DNA of 24,659 bases from a virus (taxonomy: Duplodnaviria; Caudoviricetes): the IMG/VR virus record IMGVR_UViG_3300037484_000212, positions 1 to 24,659 of that record. The stretch is one strand, 5' to 3'. The notes under the pieces were generated by a model. The model saw only the letters and a list, made by a program, of their open reading frames with translations. It was not told the origin of the DNA and did no database searches. A program made the translations under genes and the position numbers. Shown piece after piece: positions 24,627-24,659 of the stretch. Positions within the stretch are counted from its first letter, which is position 1. Each line of letters begins with the position of its first letter.

Positions 24627-24659
24627 ACTTTTTTATGAGGCCGGGGTACAGATCGGGAC
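24493..24659 (+). CDS. Signal-peptide-bearing protein overlapping previous gene in +1 frame, 3' partial
   Basis: GGAG at 24481-24484, ATG 24493. MIKTLLTFFLLLILGHPVSA|QLWTRPEIESMIGSKQSFSRAEVIELFYEAGVQIG..., open to the window end. Confidence 0.6.
   Translation, partial: MIKTLLTFFLLLILGHPVSAQLWTRPEIESMIGSKQSFSRAEVIELFYEAGVQIG

Larger units (their letters stand above)
1..24659 (+). mobile_element. Tailed phage/prophage virion morphogenesis and lysis region (siphovirus-like)
   Basis: Canonical order terminase-portal-protease-capsid-neck-tail tube-chaperone-tape measure-Dit-hub-fibres-lysis. All genes are on +, mostly with overlapping stop/start codons. No sheath gene is recognisable. No integrase or att site is in the window, so free phage versus prophage cannot be decided. 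Confidence 0.95.

Noticed and set aside
1-24659. Stop-codon reassignment, CRISPR array, introns or inteins
   Set aside because: TAA, TAG and TGA all end genes at coupled junctions. No spaced repeats were seen, and TerL and MCP have ordinary lengths without intein motifs.
1-24659. Host taxon assignment
   Set aside because: No host genes or diagnostic markers are in the window.

Overview
The window is one co-directional (+ strand), tightly translationally coupled late operon of a tailed dsDNA phage or prophage with siphovirus-type architecture. Gene order: terminase small (partial) and large subunits, portal, prohead protease with a nested scaffold, decoration protein, major capsid protein, terminator, tRNA-like element, connector, MuF-type minor head protein, a 5.5-kb glycan cassette, neck genes, tail tube, frameshifted tail chaperones, tape measure, distal tail, hub, two paralogous fibre proteins, and a lysis region. 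Three things stand out. (1) An apparently self-contained sialic/nonulosonic-acid synthesis-activation-transfer cassette (Maf-like+GT4 fusion, NeuA, HAD phosphatase, NeuB, NanE, two methyltransferases, no NeuC) lies inside the head-neck module. This suggests a phosphorylated-intermediate route and a sialylated virion. (2) The portal carries an AT-rich, foreign-looking C-terminal cargo with ADP-ribosyltransferase-like motifs. It is preceded by hydrophobic-[QK]-A-hydrophobic motifs that recur at the expected maturation boundaries of the protease and capsid proteins. (3) A tRNA-like cloverleaf with a non-canonical anticodon loop is wedged between the capsid terminator and the next RBS. All family calls come from motif recognition by eye; no searches were run.
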